Shown piece after piece: positions 18,857-27,319 of a stretch of DNA of 64,000 nucleotides. Source of the DNA: an uncultured bacterium (GTDB lineage Bacteria > Babelota > Babeliae > Babelales > Vermiphilaceae); assembly GCA_963695335.1 (NCBI GenBank), contig OY968764.1, positions 1,184,001 through 1,248,000 on the forward strand. Direction: 5' to 3'. Position 1 is the stretch's first letter. Each line of letters opens with the position of its first letter. A program made the translations under genes and the position numbers. The notes under the pieces were generated by a model. It was not told the DNA's origin. It saw only the letters and a list, made by a program, of their open reading frames with translations, and made no database searches.

Positions 18857-19630
18857 TTACCATCCCTGTACCTGAAATGCAGCTTTCAAGCTCATTGGTA
18901 AATCATCATACGATCCATATCTCTTAAACTCTTGAATTTCCAGCTCATCCAATTCATCTTCAATTTTTTCCAACCCTAGATGCTGTTTATATTTTTTATA
19001 ATCTTTAGGAAAGTTACTCGGTTCTGGATAAAATGCCTTTTTACAACCATCATTAAACTCACGTTTAAATACCTTTGTTGATTGCAACAATGCTTTCATC
19101 AATACAGGAAAATGCAATAATCCCGTAAGAGTTTTAAAATAATCAAACCTCATACTCCCAGAAGGAGTGTAACAAATACATTCATAATGTTCTGCTGTAC
19201 CATCCACATCAAGAGAATATTCACCAACAAAATTAAACGTTACATCATCTTCATCTTCTACGTTTCCATATCCATAAAAACAAGCTCGTCCATCTTTAAA
19301 CCATGGACGAACATCGTCCTCAAAAACAGGGAAATAAAAATTACGCCACGAACGAGTATTGCTTACAATACGCTTACCACCATCCACTAAACCAACTACC
19401 GTAAGTTTTAAATTTTTTGCACGAAAAGAGTTAGTATCAAAAGTTACCCATGCACATTTATTACCATCTGTATTCCATGTTTGAGAACCCGTAACAGAAA
19501 TTGTTTTACGACGTATAAAATCTTCAATTTGATCTTTTTTAATAACTTCCATGCTGCGCAATAATACACTGCACACGCCGCACAATAAAAATAATAACAG
19601 TCGTACTCTTAATAAACTCAACGCAAACAT
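18857..19630 (-). CDS. Secreted orphan, paralog of 17895..18809
   Basis: Same shared blocks as 17895..18809. Confidence 0.7.
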   Translation of the reverse strand: MFALSLLRVRLLLFLLCGVCSVLLRSMEVIKKDQIEDFIRRKTISVTGSQTWNTDGNKCAWVTFDTNSFRAKNLKLTVVGLVDGGKRIVSNTRSWRNFYFPVFEDDVRPWFKDGRACFYGYGNVEDEDDVTFNFVGEYSLDVDGTAEHYECICYTPSGSMRFDYFKTLTGLLHFPVLMKALLQSTKVFKREFNDGCKKAFYPEPSNFPKDYKKYKQHLGLEKIEDELDELEIQEFKRYGSYDDLPMSLKAAFQVQGW

Positions 19631-19651
19631 AATTTTCCTTTACATTATTTC

Positions 19652-21028
19652 TTATACAAACGCGTACAGAGCTGCAACACCTGCCAAAACCGCCACCAGT
19701 GCTCTCGCATACATCTTTTTCATTTGACATGTGCACGTATAAAAATCATCTTTTTCTTCATCAGATACTATTTCTTGATCTTCATCAACAGTACTTTCTT
19801 CATCAGATATTGCTTTTTGATTTGCCAAAGCCCAGGCAGCAATTTTACTTTGATTTTTGCGTATAATTTCATTTACCTTTTTTTCATGCACCAACTCAGA
19901 GCACCATAAAAATGTATCCATGATACTCCATATGATCTCTTTAGGAATTTTCATAGAATAATTCTTTAGTCCACAAAATAATGCATAACAACGCTGTCCT
20001 GTGTCCTGTATACATATCGCTGTACGAGGCACACCACACCGATCTATTTTACGCCCAACACTCGCAATCATGCTTTCATAATCAGGAGAAAAACATAGCA
20101 GCTGATCACGATTGTTACGGTCTTTCCACAGCATTTTTTCATCAGTTCTGTAGTGTAGTAATTTTAATAATAATCGCTTCTTTTTATAATCCCAAAATTC
20201 GATGCATCCATCATTTCTTAATAATGCTGCAGTAATATCATTTTTATGGAATGCAATTGCAATATAAAAAATATCGTCATTCTTATTTTTTTCTTCACTA
20301 GAAATTTCAAATTCATCAATCTTTTGATTGCCTTTTAGCAGAAAACGATATTTTTTTCCGCACATATTAATGGCAAGCCAAGTACCATCATAATTAAATT
20401 CTCCTTGAGGAAATCTTTCGGAATAAGTATAAGGCAAAAGATGCAATTTAAAATTACCCATCCTTTCATGCTCTTTTTCTCTCATATTATCAAGATCTGT
20501 AATAATTATAGGATGTCTCGTCCCTTCAACCATTATAGGAGCATTGAATTGACGAGGATCTCTCTGATACTGAGATAATTCTTGTGTAATACTGTGATAC
20601 TTACACACAATATAAGGATAGTTGTTCTCATAACAGATATTTAACTGATCATTGGACCAAGAAATTTGGTGATCCCAACCAAAATGCAATTCTTGCTCAA
20701 ACTCTTTCTCTTTTTTAATATCACCAGTTATATCGTAAAGAACTATTTTTTTGGCTTTTACCAACGCCAATTTTTTGTTATTGGGAGATATGGCCATATC
20801 AAAAATAGGATCTTGATGAGAGCAATCATTATCATCATCAGAAAGAATAGATGACATTCCAGTCTTGGTTGAATATACTTCACAACAATGATCGCCAGCT
20901 ATAATAATTGTATCATTCTTGGAAAAACTGAGTACTTTAATACGCGAATTTTTTGTAGGAATTTCCATTGCGCTGCACAATGGAACAAAAGAGATAACAG
21001 ATAATATAATAATAGCCCTAAAATTCAT
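19652..21028 (-). CDS. Secreted WD40/beta-propeller-like protein with a C-terminal TM segment
   Basis: Signal peptide ending CSAME; MAISPNNKKLA, DGCIEFWD and CFSPD repeats; acidic linker, then TM. Confidence 0.65.
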   Translation of the reverse strand: MNFRAIIILSVISFVPLCSAMEIPTKNSRIKVLSFSKNDTIIIAGDHCCEVYSTKTGMSSILSDDDNDCSHQDPIFDMAISPNNKKLALVKAKKIVLYDITGDIKKEKEFEQELHFGWDHQISWSNDQLNICYENNYPYIVCKYHSITQELSQYQRDPRQFNAPIMVEGTRHPIIITDLDNMREKEHERMGNFKLHLLPYTYSERFPQGEFNYDGTWLAINMCGKKYRFLLKGNQKIDEFEISSEEKNKNDDIFYIAIAFHKNDITAALLRNDGCIEFWDYKKKRLLLKLLHYRTDEKMLWKDRNNRDQLLCFSPDYESMIASVGRKIDRCGVPRTAICIQDTGQRCYALFCGLKNYSMKIPKEIIWSIMDTFLWCSELVHEKKVNEIIRKNQSKIAAWALANQKAISDEESTVDEDQEIVSDEEKDDFYTCTCQMKKMYARALVAVLAGVAALYAFV

Positions 21029-21084
21029 ACAATCTCCCTAATCATGGTACACTTATTTTATGTAAAAATTATAAGAAAGAATAT

Positions 21085-23796
21085 ATGATTCCACAGAAAC
21101 TACAAATTAAAAACTTTCTCAGTTACGGCCCTAACTTACAAACAATTGATTTTACAAACCATTCCCTTATTTGTCTTTCTGGCAAAAATGGTCACGGTAA
21201 ATCAGCACTGCTTGATGCAATGACATGGGCAATCTGGGGACAAGCACGCAAAGTATCTGGTGCAGCAAAAGCAGATCAGGGTTTGCTTAGATTAGGCCAA
21301 ACACAAATGCTCGTAGTTCTTGACTTTTTATTTGGTGGTAAACAGTACCGCATACGCCGCGAATATATGGAAACATACGGCAAACCGGTTAATATTCTTG
21401 AATTTGGAATGGTAGACGTTGAATCAGACAGTCTTATTCCACTGACTGACAAAACAATTCGTACAACACAAGAAAAAATTGAACAAACATTACGCCTTGA
21501 TTTTGATTCATTTTCTAATTCAGCATTTTTGCGCCAAGGTAGTTCAAATGAATTTTCAAAAAAATCAGCCAAAGACCGCAAACAAATTTTAGCTACCATC
21601 TTAGGCCTTGATCAGTATGAAGTTATTCGTAAACTGGCACTGGAAAAAGTGAAAGATGCATTCAACAAAAAAACCGTGCTCATGGCGTTGCAAGAAAAAA
21701 GATCACAAGATCTGACAACACAAGAAACACTCAATGCAGAACTTGATCGGCTTAAAACGGAAATGAAAACGCTCACCACGACAGAGCAAACACTACTCAA
21801 TCACCAAAAACAACTTGTTCAACAACGCACTGCATATGACGAACAACAAAAACAACACCACAACCTCTCATTTCAATTACAACAACTTACTCAACAAGCA
21901 ACAACGCATAAACAACAACTCCTTGAGCTGTTTACCCAATGGCGCCAGATCAACAAAAAAAAACAGTCACTTGCCAATATTCAACAACTGCAACACGCAA
22001 AAAACAAAATCGTTACCGCAATTGCAACGCACCAAAAACTCTTACAAGAAAACCTTGAGCATCGTCAAACAATGCTGACTATCACACAACAACTAAACGC
22101 CATTGAACAACAATACAAAGATGAACAGGTCAAACAAAGCCACATAGTACAACTTGAGTTGGAACGATTGCGTGCAGAATACAAAAATCTGCAAACAATT
22201 ATCCAAAATAATACACAACAACTGACGCAGCTAAACAATGATGATGCAGTTCTTGCTGCACAAATAAAAGCACACGAACAAGAACTATCAAAAATAAAAT
22301 GTAATGCTCAAGATATTGCTCACGCAGAAGCACTGCTGGAAAAACGCAAAGCAACATATCAACACTTTGTTTCACTGGGCAATTGGATGAATAGTGAACT
22401 TAACAGCTTAATCAACAAAAAAAAGTTGGTGCATGGGGAAGATTCAAGCTGCCCACTGTGCGATCAGAATTTATCAGCTTCACGCAGAAGACTTTTGAAA
22501 CTTAACTTTGATAAACAAGAATCATTTTTAGCACATAGATTACGTCGCCTGAAACGCATTATTCCGATCATCAAAGAAACATTAATTACCCAACACGCAA
22601 TGATTACCAAAGATAAAGAACAACTGCAACAAGCTGCGCAACTGAACACAAAAATAACTGATGCACACAATGCACGCACAAAAATAGCTGAGCAAATTAC
22701 GCAATTAACAACAGCATCTGCGCAAACAGATGCCAAAACAGCGGAACATACGCACGCAATTGCCACAAAAGAAAAAGAAATTGCGCAACAACAAACTGCA
22801 ACGTTCACAATCAATAACCCAGACTATCTCAAACTGTTGCAGCAAAAAAAACTGTTAGAACAACAATTGCGCAGTCATCAATACAAAGAAGAAGATTATA
22901 AAAAAGATCAAGAACAGCTGACACAAATCGAACTGCAACTTACTGAGCATCAAACAGTGCAACATGATATCGCGCAACAAGAAATACGCACAAACAGTAT
23001 CAACAAATTGTGCGAAGAACTTAAAATTATCAAAAAAAATATACAAATCACTGAAAAAAAACGATCTGCGCTGAGTGATCTTCCTGCGCAACTACGCATA
23101 CTTCAAGAGCAAGAAACAAAACTTGAGTTGCAAAAAACAGAACTCAATCAAACAAAAGAATCGCTGTTGCATGCAAAGGGCAGCATAGAAAACCAACACA
23201 AACATCTGCAAAAAATAAAACAAGAGTTTGAACAAGAACAGACCAATATCGCACAACAGGACGCGATTATGGATGATTATCAAACAATTGCAACCGCAAC
23301 AGGAAAAGATGGTATTCAAGCGCTCCTTATTGAAGAAGCAATTCCAGAAATTGAGCAAGAAGCTAATTATTTACTTTCTCGGCTTACCAATAATCAAGCA
23401 CAAATTTTTATTGATTCATTACGCGATTTAAAAAAAGGTGGTACCAAAGAAACATTAGATATTAAAATTTCTGATCAAGCTGGTATCAGACCATATGAAC
23501 TGTTTTCTGGCGGTGAAGCGTTCCGTATTGATTTTGCATTGCGTATCGCAATTTCTAAACTTCTTGCACGCCGTGCTGGAACTGCATTGCAAACCCTCAT
23601 AATTGATGAAGGTTTTGGGTCGCAAGATGAAGAAGGTTTGGGACATATTATGGATGCATTGCACAAAATACAAGATGATTTTTCTAAAATTATTATTGTA
23701 TCCCATTTACCAAGTATGAAAGATCAGTTTCCCGTGCAATTTTATATTGAAAAAGGTGTACAAGGTAGTACGGTGAGCATTATTGAACAGGGGTAA
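21085..23796 (+). CDS. sbcC: SbcC/Rad50-like SMC ATPase
   Basis: GKNGHGKS, CPLC zinc hook, FSGGE, IIDEGFGSQD. Confidence 0.9.
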   Translation: MIPQKLQIKNFLSYGPNLQTIDFTNHSLICLSGKNGHGKSALLDAMTWAIWGQARKVSGAAKADQGLLRLGQTQMLVVLDFLFGGKQYRIRREYMETYGKPVNILEFGMVDVESDSLIPLTDKTIRTTQEKIEQTLRLDFDSFSNSAFLRQGSSNEFSKKSAKDRKQILATILGLDQYEVIRKLALEKVKDAFNKKTVLMALQEKRSQDLTTQETLNAELDRLKTEMKTLTTTEQTLLNHQKQLVQQRTAYDEQQKQHHNLSFQLQQLTQQATTHKQQLLELFTQWRQINKKKQSLANIQQLQHAKNKIVTAIATHQKLLQENLEHRQTMLTITQQLNAIEQQYKDEQVKQSHIVQLELERLRAEYKNLQTIIQNNTQQLTQLNNDDAVLAAQIKAHEQELSKIKCNAQDIAHAEALLEKRKATYQHFVSLGNWMNSELNSLINKKKLVHGEDSSCPLCDQNLSASRRRLLKLNFDKQESFLAHRLRRLKRIIPIIKETLITQHAMITKDKEQLQQAAQLNTKITDAHNARTKIAEQITQLTTASAQTDAKTAEHTHAIATKEKEIAQQQTATFTINNPDYLKLLQQKKLLEQQLRSHQYKEEDYKKDQEQLTQIELQLTEHQTVQHDIAQQEIRTNSINKLCEELKIIKKNIQITEKKRSALSDLPAQLRILQEQETKLELQKTELNQTKESLLHAKGSIENQHKHLQKIKQEFEQEQTNIAQQDAIMDDYQTIATATGKDGIQALLIEEAIPEIEQEANYLLSRLTNNQAQIFIDSLRDLKKGGTKETLDIKISDQAGIRPYELFSGGEAFRIDFALRIAISKLLARRAGTALQTLIIDEGFGSQDEEGLGHIMDALHKIQDDFSKIIIVSHLPSMKDQFPVQFYIEKGVQGSTVSIIEQG

Positions 23797-23800
23797 CCCC

Positions 23801-23912
23801 CCGTTCGCCCTGCCGTGTGCTCCGAAGCCTTTGGCGAAAATGCAAGCTTGTGGAAGAATATTCTGATTCCCCCGCGCTCGCCCTGAACTTGTTGAAGGGT
23901 ATCTTTGAGCGC
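23801..23912. repeat. Family A REP split by a family E unit, plus the left half of a family A pair
   Basis: CCGTTCGCCCTG[...CCGAAGCCTTTGGCGAA...]AGCTTGTGGAAG; GCGCTCGCCCTGAACTTGTTGAAGGG...GAGCGC. Confidence 0.8.
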
Positions 23913-24000
23913 ATTCTTAATAACAATCGAAACACAACACAGTTACTATTCTTTATCAATGATTAAAAAAGAAAAAAGATTTTTTAAAGAAAGAAAAGAA

Positions 24001-24031
24001 CGCACTCGAAGATATCCTTCAACAAGTTCAG
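24001..24031. repeat. Family A REP right half, left portion (interrupted by IS110; continues at 25204-25214)
   Basis: GATATCCTTCAACAAGTTCAG joined to GACGAGCGC restores the intact repeat seen at 6555-6584. Confidence 0.9.
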
Positions 24032-24046
24032 CGATTATGATCAAAG

Positions 24047-25012
24047 TCAAGTAGAATAGGCATTTTTATTAGGTGCCCACTTTCTATTTTCAGTAAGAAG
24101 AACATTAGCAAGTATAATAAACTTGCGCATTACAGCAATTAGGGCAATCTTAGATGGTTTTCCTTCTTCACGTAATCGCTCATAAAATTTCTTAAAATCT
24201 GGATTATGTTGAACAGCTGAAAGTGTAGGCATATACAGCATTTTTCGTGGTAAGGATCTACCTTCTCTAATGATAGATTTTTTCTTATAATTACCACTTT
24301 CATTGGTGTATGGAGCTACGCCTAATAAGGCTGCAACTTGCTTATTTCCAATACTTCCTAATTCAGAAAAAAAAGCAATTAACGTTGCTGATGTTCCTTT
24401 TCCAGCACCAGGAATTGATGTGATAATATTTTGCTTATGTTTCCAGTCATCATCATTATCAATTAATTGTTCTATTTCTTTTTCCAATTCCTTAACTTGT
24501 TCATCCATAAAATCAATATGTTGTTGAATTTTGTCTTTACAAAATTCAACTTGTGGATGAGCCAATCGTGTTTTTTCTCGACTGATCATTCCCGTCAAAT
24601 CACTTTTCCTTCTTATTAAAGCTTTCAATAATTCTTCATTCTCTTTTGGCACTTTAATGCGTGTTTCCTCTGATAATTCTTTTTGTTGTGCAAACAAAGC
24701 AATCATAGATGCATCAATCTTGTCTGTTTTTGCTTTTGCTCCATCTGATGCGATAAACGACTTAATTCGTTTCGGCTCAATTAGCCATACAAAATATCCA
24801 GCATTACTTAATGTACGAATCAATAATTTTTCGTATCCACCAGATGATTCACATACAACGCGAACAACATTGTACTCAGAAAATACATTAAGTATTTTAT
24901 TGAGACCAGCGGCGCTATTTGGCGTTTTAAAATATTGATTCAATGGACGTAAAAAAACATCCAAATTATCTTTTGAAATATCGACACCAACAAATATTTC
25001 TGTTAGCTTCAT
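24047..25012 (-). CDS. IS110-family DEDD recombinase/transposase, 321 aa
   Basis: VGVDISKD, CESSG and KTDKIDA (RuvC-like DEDD); SIPGAG; GVAPYTNESG (catalytic Ser motif); AVMRK. Confidence 0.95.
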   Translation of the reverse strand: MKLTEIFVGVDISKDNLDVFLRPLNQYFKTPNSAAGLNKILNVFSEYNVVRVVCESSGGYEKLLIRTLSNAGYFVWLIEPKRIKSFIASDGAKAKTDKIDASMIALFAQQKELSEETRIKVPKENEELLKALIRRKSDLTGMISREKTRLAHPQVEFCKDKIQQHIDFMDEQVKELEKEIEQLIDNDDDWKHKQNIITSIPGAGKGTSATLIAFFSELGSIGNKQVAALLGVAPYTNESGNYKKKSIIREGRSLPRKMLYMPTLSAVQHNPDFKKFYERLREEGKPSKIALIAVMRKFIILANVLLTENRKWAPNKNAYST

Positions 25013-25190
25013 AGTAATTCTTCCTCATAATACGAGCCTTGCGCTCAAGCGATTATTCGAATCTTCTACAAATCTGGTTGATAGCTCTTTAGCTGAAAAC
25101 GGTTCTTGTAACCTAGGACGAGCACAAGACGCTATCAACCTTTTTTTATAGCCTAGTTTCCTAAACCTAAAAAACTCAATAATCTACATG
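25013..25190 (-). ncRNA. Putative bridge RNA encoded in the IS110 left end
   Basis: 5' GAAA hairpin; target loop in a 10-bp stem with guides GCUCGUCCU and UUCAG; donor loop with guides AUAAUCGCU and UAUGAG; RNA ends approximate. Confidence 0.85.
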
Positions 25191-25195
25191 CTTTT

Positions 25196-25201
25196 ATCAT
25201 A
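25196..25201 (-). promoter_or_regulatory. -10 box (TATGAT) of the circle-junction promoter; -35 box TTGACT at 24045-24050
   Basis: Joining the ends at the core gives TTGACT-17 bp-TATGAT. Confidence 0.75.
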
Positions 25202-25334
25202 TGAGGACGAGCGCTAAGAATGAATAAATTTTAATTATTCTTAAATTAAATTCACGCTAAATCATAGAAAGTCAGTGAAACTTTCGAATATGCTTTAATA
25301 TAAAAGTATCTGTTTATAATACAAAGGAAAATTC

Positions 25335-26765
25335 ATGTCCAAAAATAGTATACATAAAAAGATTGCTCTCGCCTGCTTTATATCCCTCATAGCACCCATT
25401 CAAACAATCTATTCAGCACAACAATACGGAACTCCAACAGGAACTTCTACACCAACATATGGCGCTCCGGTTACAAATTCTTATCCAACACCTGCACCAA
25501 AAACTAACGGTGAATCAACAGTAGTATACATTCATCAAGCCGTTCAAACACTGAATGATGATGCTGATTGCAACCCAGTAAAATGGGACACTCCAGAAGA
25601 TGCATGCAGTTGTTGCTTAATGCGCAACAAAGGTAAACGAGGCAACAAAAAATCTGCTGATGCCATTATTGAACAATGCACCAAAACAAATAAACAGTGT
25701 ACGGCACAATCCATTACCAACATAAAAAAACAGTACGGTTTATCTGCAACAGCATCATCTCAAGATTTTTTTAATAAATTAGAAGACAACATTGTTATCA
25801 AAAATATGGAGGTGGACAAATCGCTTCTTGGTGCAAACGGCGCATTCACTGAAAACTCTCTACCAAAATTTTTGGCACAAGCGTACAATGAAAAAAAACT
25901 TAAAAATGCAGATTTCAGTAAAGAAGCATGCTTAAAAGCAAAAAATCTTGGAACACAAGGTGGCTACAACACATTGCAACTGTTTCTCATTACTTCAACA
26001 TGTCATGCGGGATCGGCATCTATGTATATTATTAAAGAGGCGCGTAATGGTATTGATGAAGCAACAAAACTCAAAAAAATAGCCGAATATCCTAAAATGA
26101 AAGAGTTGATTGCACCAAACGTTGTTCCAGGACTTCCATCCATTGCATTACCTCTTGCTTATTTTTCCTACCCAGATACCAAATCAGTTCATTATCTTGC
26201 CGCAATGCCTGCAGCAAAAGGTAAAGATCTTTCGGCATATATTATGCAATTCAGAGACAATCAATCAGCACAAAATAAAGAACTGTTGAGCCGCGCATTT
26301 ACCATAGTTGGCAAAGAAGCTGCAAATTTCTATAAACGATTTGGCAAAAAGGTAGTACACGGTGATTTCCACACCTTTAATATTTTTTTTGATCCGATCA
26401 GCGGACATTCTACATGGATTGATACTGAAACAATGGCAAATTCATTTGATAAACCAACTGGTCCTGCTAAAGATATCGTAAAACTCTTTTACATGCCATT
26501 CTGTATCAATGATACATTCCAACAATTTAGAGATTTGATTAAAGGAATTGATCTGAAAACATGGTTTGATATCTCAGTCAAAAATTTTGTTATTGGATAC
26601 AAAGATACCTACAAACCACAAGAACAAAAACAGATAATCCAAGAACTGAAAAAAATGTTTATGGATCCATTTACTATTACATGGGTAGATTTTGATCAAC
26701 AAAAATTGAGCGATCTACAAAAAAATTACATTAGCCCAATTTTTGATGAGTTAATGAAAAAATAA
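25335..26765 (+). CDS. Secreted kinase-like (APH/PKc-fold) protein
   Basis: Signal peptide, Cys-rich N-domain, GTQGGY, YIIKE, VHGDFHTFNIFF, WIDTE. Confidence 0.75.
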   Translation: MSKNSIHKKIALACFISLIAPIQTIYSAQQYGTPTGTSTPTYGAPVTNSYPTPAPKTNGESTVVYIHQAVQTLNDDADCNPVKWDTPEDACSCCLMRNKGKRGNKKSADAIIEQCTKTNKQCTAQSITNIKKQYGLSATASSQDFFNKLEDNIVIKNMEVDKSLLGANGAFTENSLPKFLAQAYNEKKLKNADFSKEACLKAKNLGTQGGYNTLQLFLITSTCHAGSASMYIIKEARNGIDEATKLKKIAEYPKMKELIAPNVVPGLPSIALPLAYFSYPDTKSVHYLAAMPAAKGKDLSAYIMQFRDNQSAQNKELLSRAFTIVGKEAANFYKRFGKKVVHGDFHTFNIFFDPISGHSTWIDTETMANSFDKPTGPAKDIVKLFYMPFCINDTFQQFRDLIKGIDLKTWFDISVKNFVIGYKDTYKPQEQKQIIQELKKMFMDPFTITWVDFDQQKLSDLQKNYISPIFDELMKK

Positions 26766-26769
26766 AAAA

Positions 26770-27216
26770 TTAATGCGAATCTTGATGAGCCTCTCTCTCC
26801 ATGCGCTCAGTTAAACTTGCATTACTTGTGGAAGGACGATGCTCTATTTGTTCCGCCTGCATGGTTGATTGCGAATTGGTGATAAGTTCTTGATTCTCTA
26901 AATCTTGCGCGCGCGTTGTTAAAGGTGAATTATCTAAAGGAGTAGTTCTTTCCATTTTTTCTCCCGCTCCCGTTGCCACAGTATTATCAAGTTGATACAC
27001 ACGCTCTTCTCTCTCATCCCATTCAGTGGCTCGAGCATTATTCAACAGTTTCTCACGCTCGCGATACTCTGCCGGCAAAGTAATATCTGTATGTCTTTCA
27101 GAGTCACCACCAAAACGTTCTTCTTGTTGCATCTGTTCAGTTGATTTAGAACCCTCTAAAAAGGCTAACTGAAACACAACGCACCATATAATCAGTAACA
27201 CAATAATTCTCTTCAT
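26770..27216 (-). CDS. Small secreted acidic orphan
   Basis: Hydrophobic N-terminus, Glu/Arg-rich body, AAGGA RBS. Confidence 0.6.
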   Translation of the reverse strand: MKRIIVLLIIWCVVFQLAFLEGSKSTEQMQQEERFGGDSERHTDITLPAEYREREKLLNNARATEWDEREERVYQLDNTVATGAGEKMERTTPLDNSPLTTRAQDLENQELITNSQSTMQAEQIEHRPSTSNASLTERMEREAHQDSH

Positions 27217-27234
27217 ATATTCCTTTTTTTATAG

Positions 27235-27268
27235 CAATAGCGATGATGTTTTACCATCACCGCTATTG
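27235..27268 (-). terminator. Stem-loop after 27320..28408
   Basis: CAATAGCGATGATG...CATCACCGCTATTG. Confidence 0.45.
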
Positions 27269-27319
27269 ATTTATTTTTTATAACGCAACTTTAAAAACTC
27301 TATTCATCACAATAACTAT

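Larger units (their letters stand above)
24030..25205 (-). mobile_element. IS110-family element (bridge-recombinase type) inserted in a REP
   Basis: AG (CT on the minus strand) core at 24030-24031 and 25204-25205; no long DR; 11-bp subterminal IR with 10/11 match (24036-24046 and 25191-25201). Confidence 0.95.

Noticed and set aside
21085..23796. SMC ATPase as part of a defence system
   Set aside because: The CPLC zinc hook and other motifs fit housekeeping SbcC, and no jet or other defence partners are adjacent
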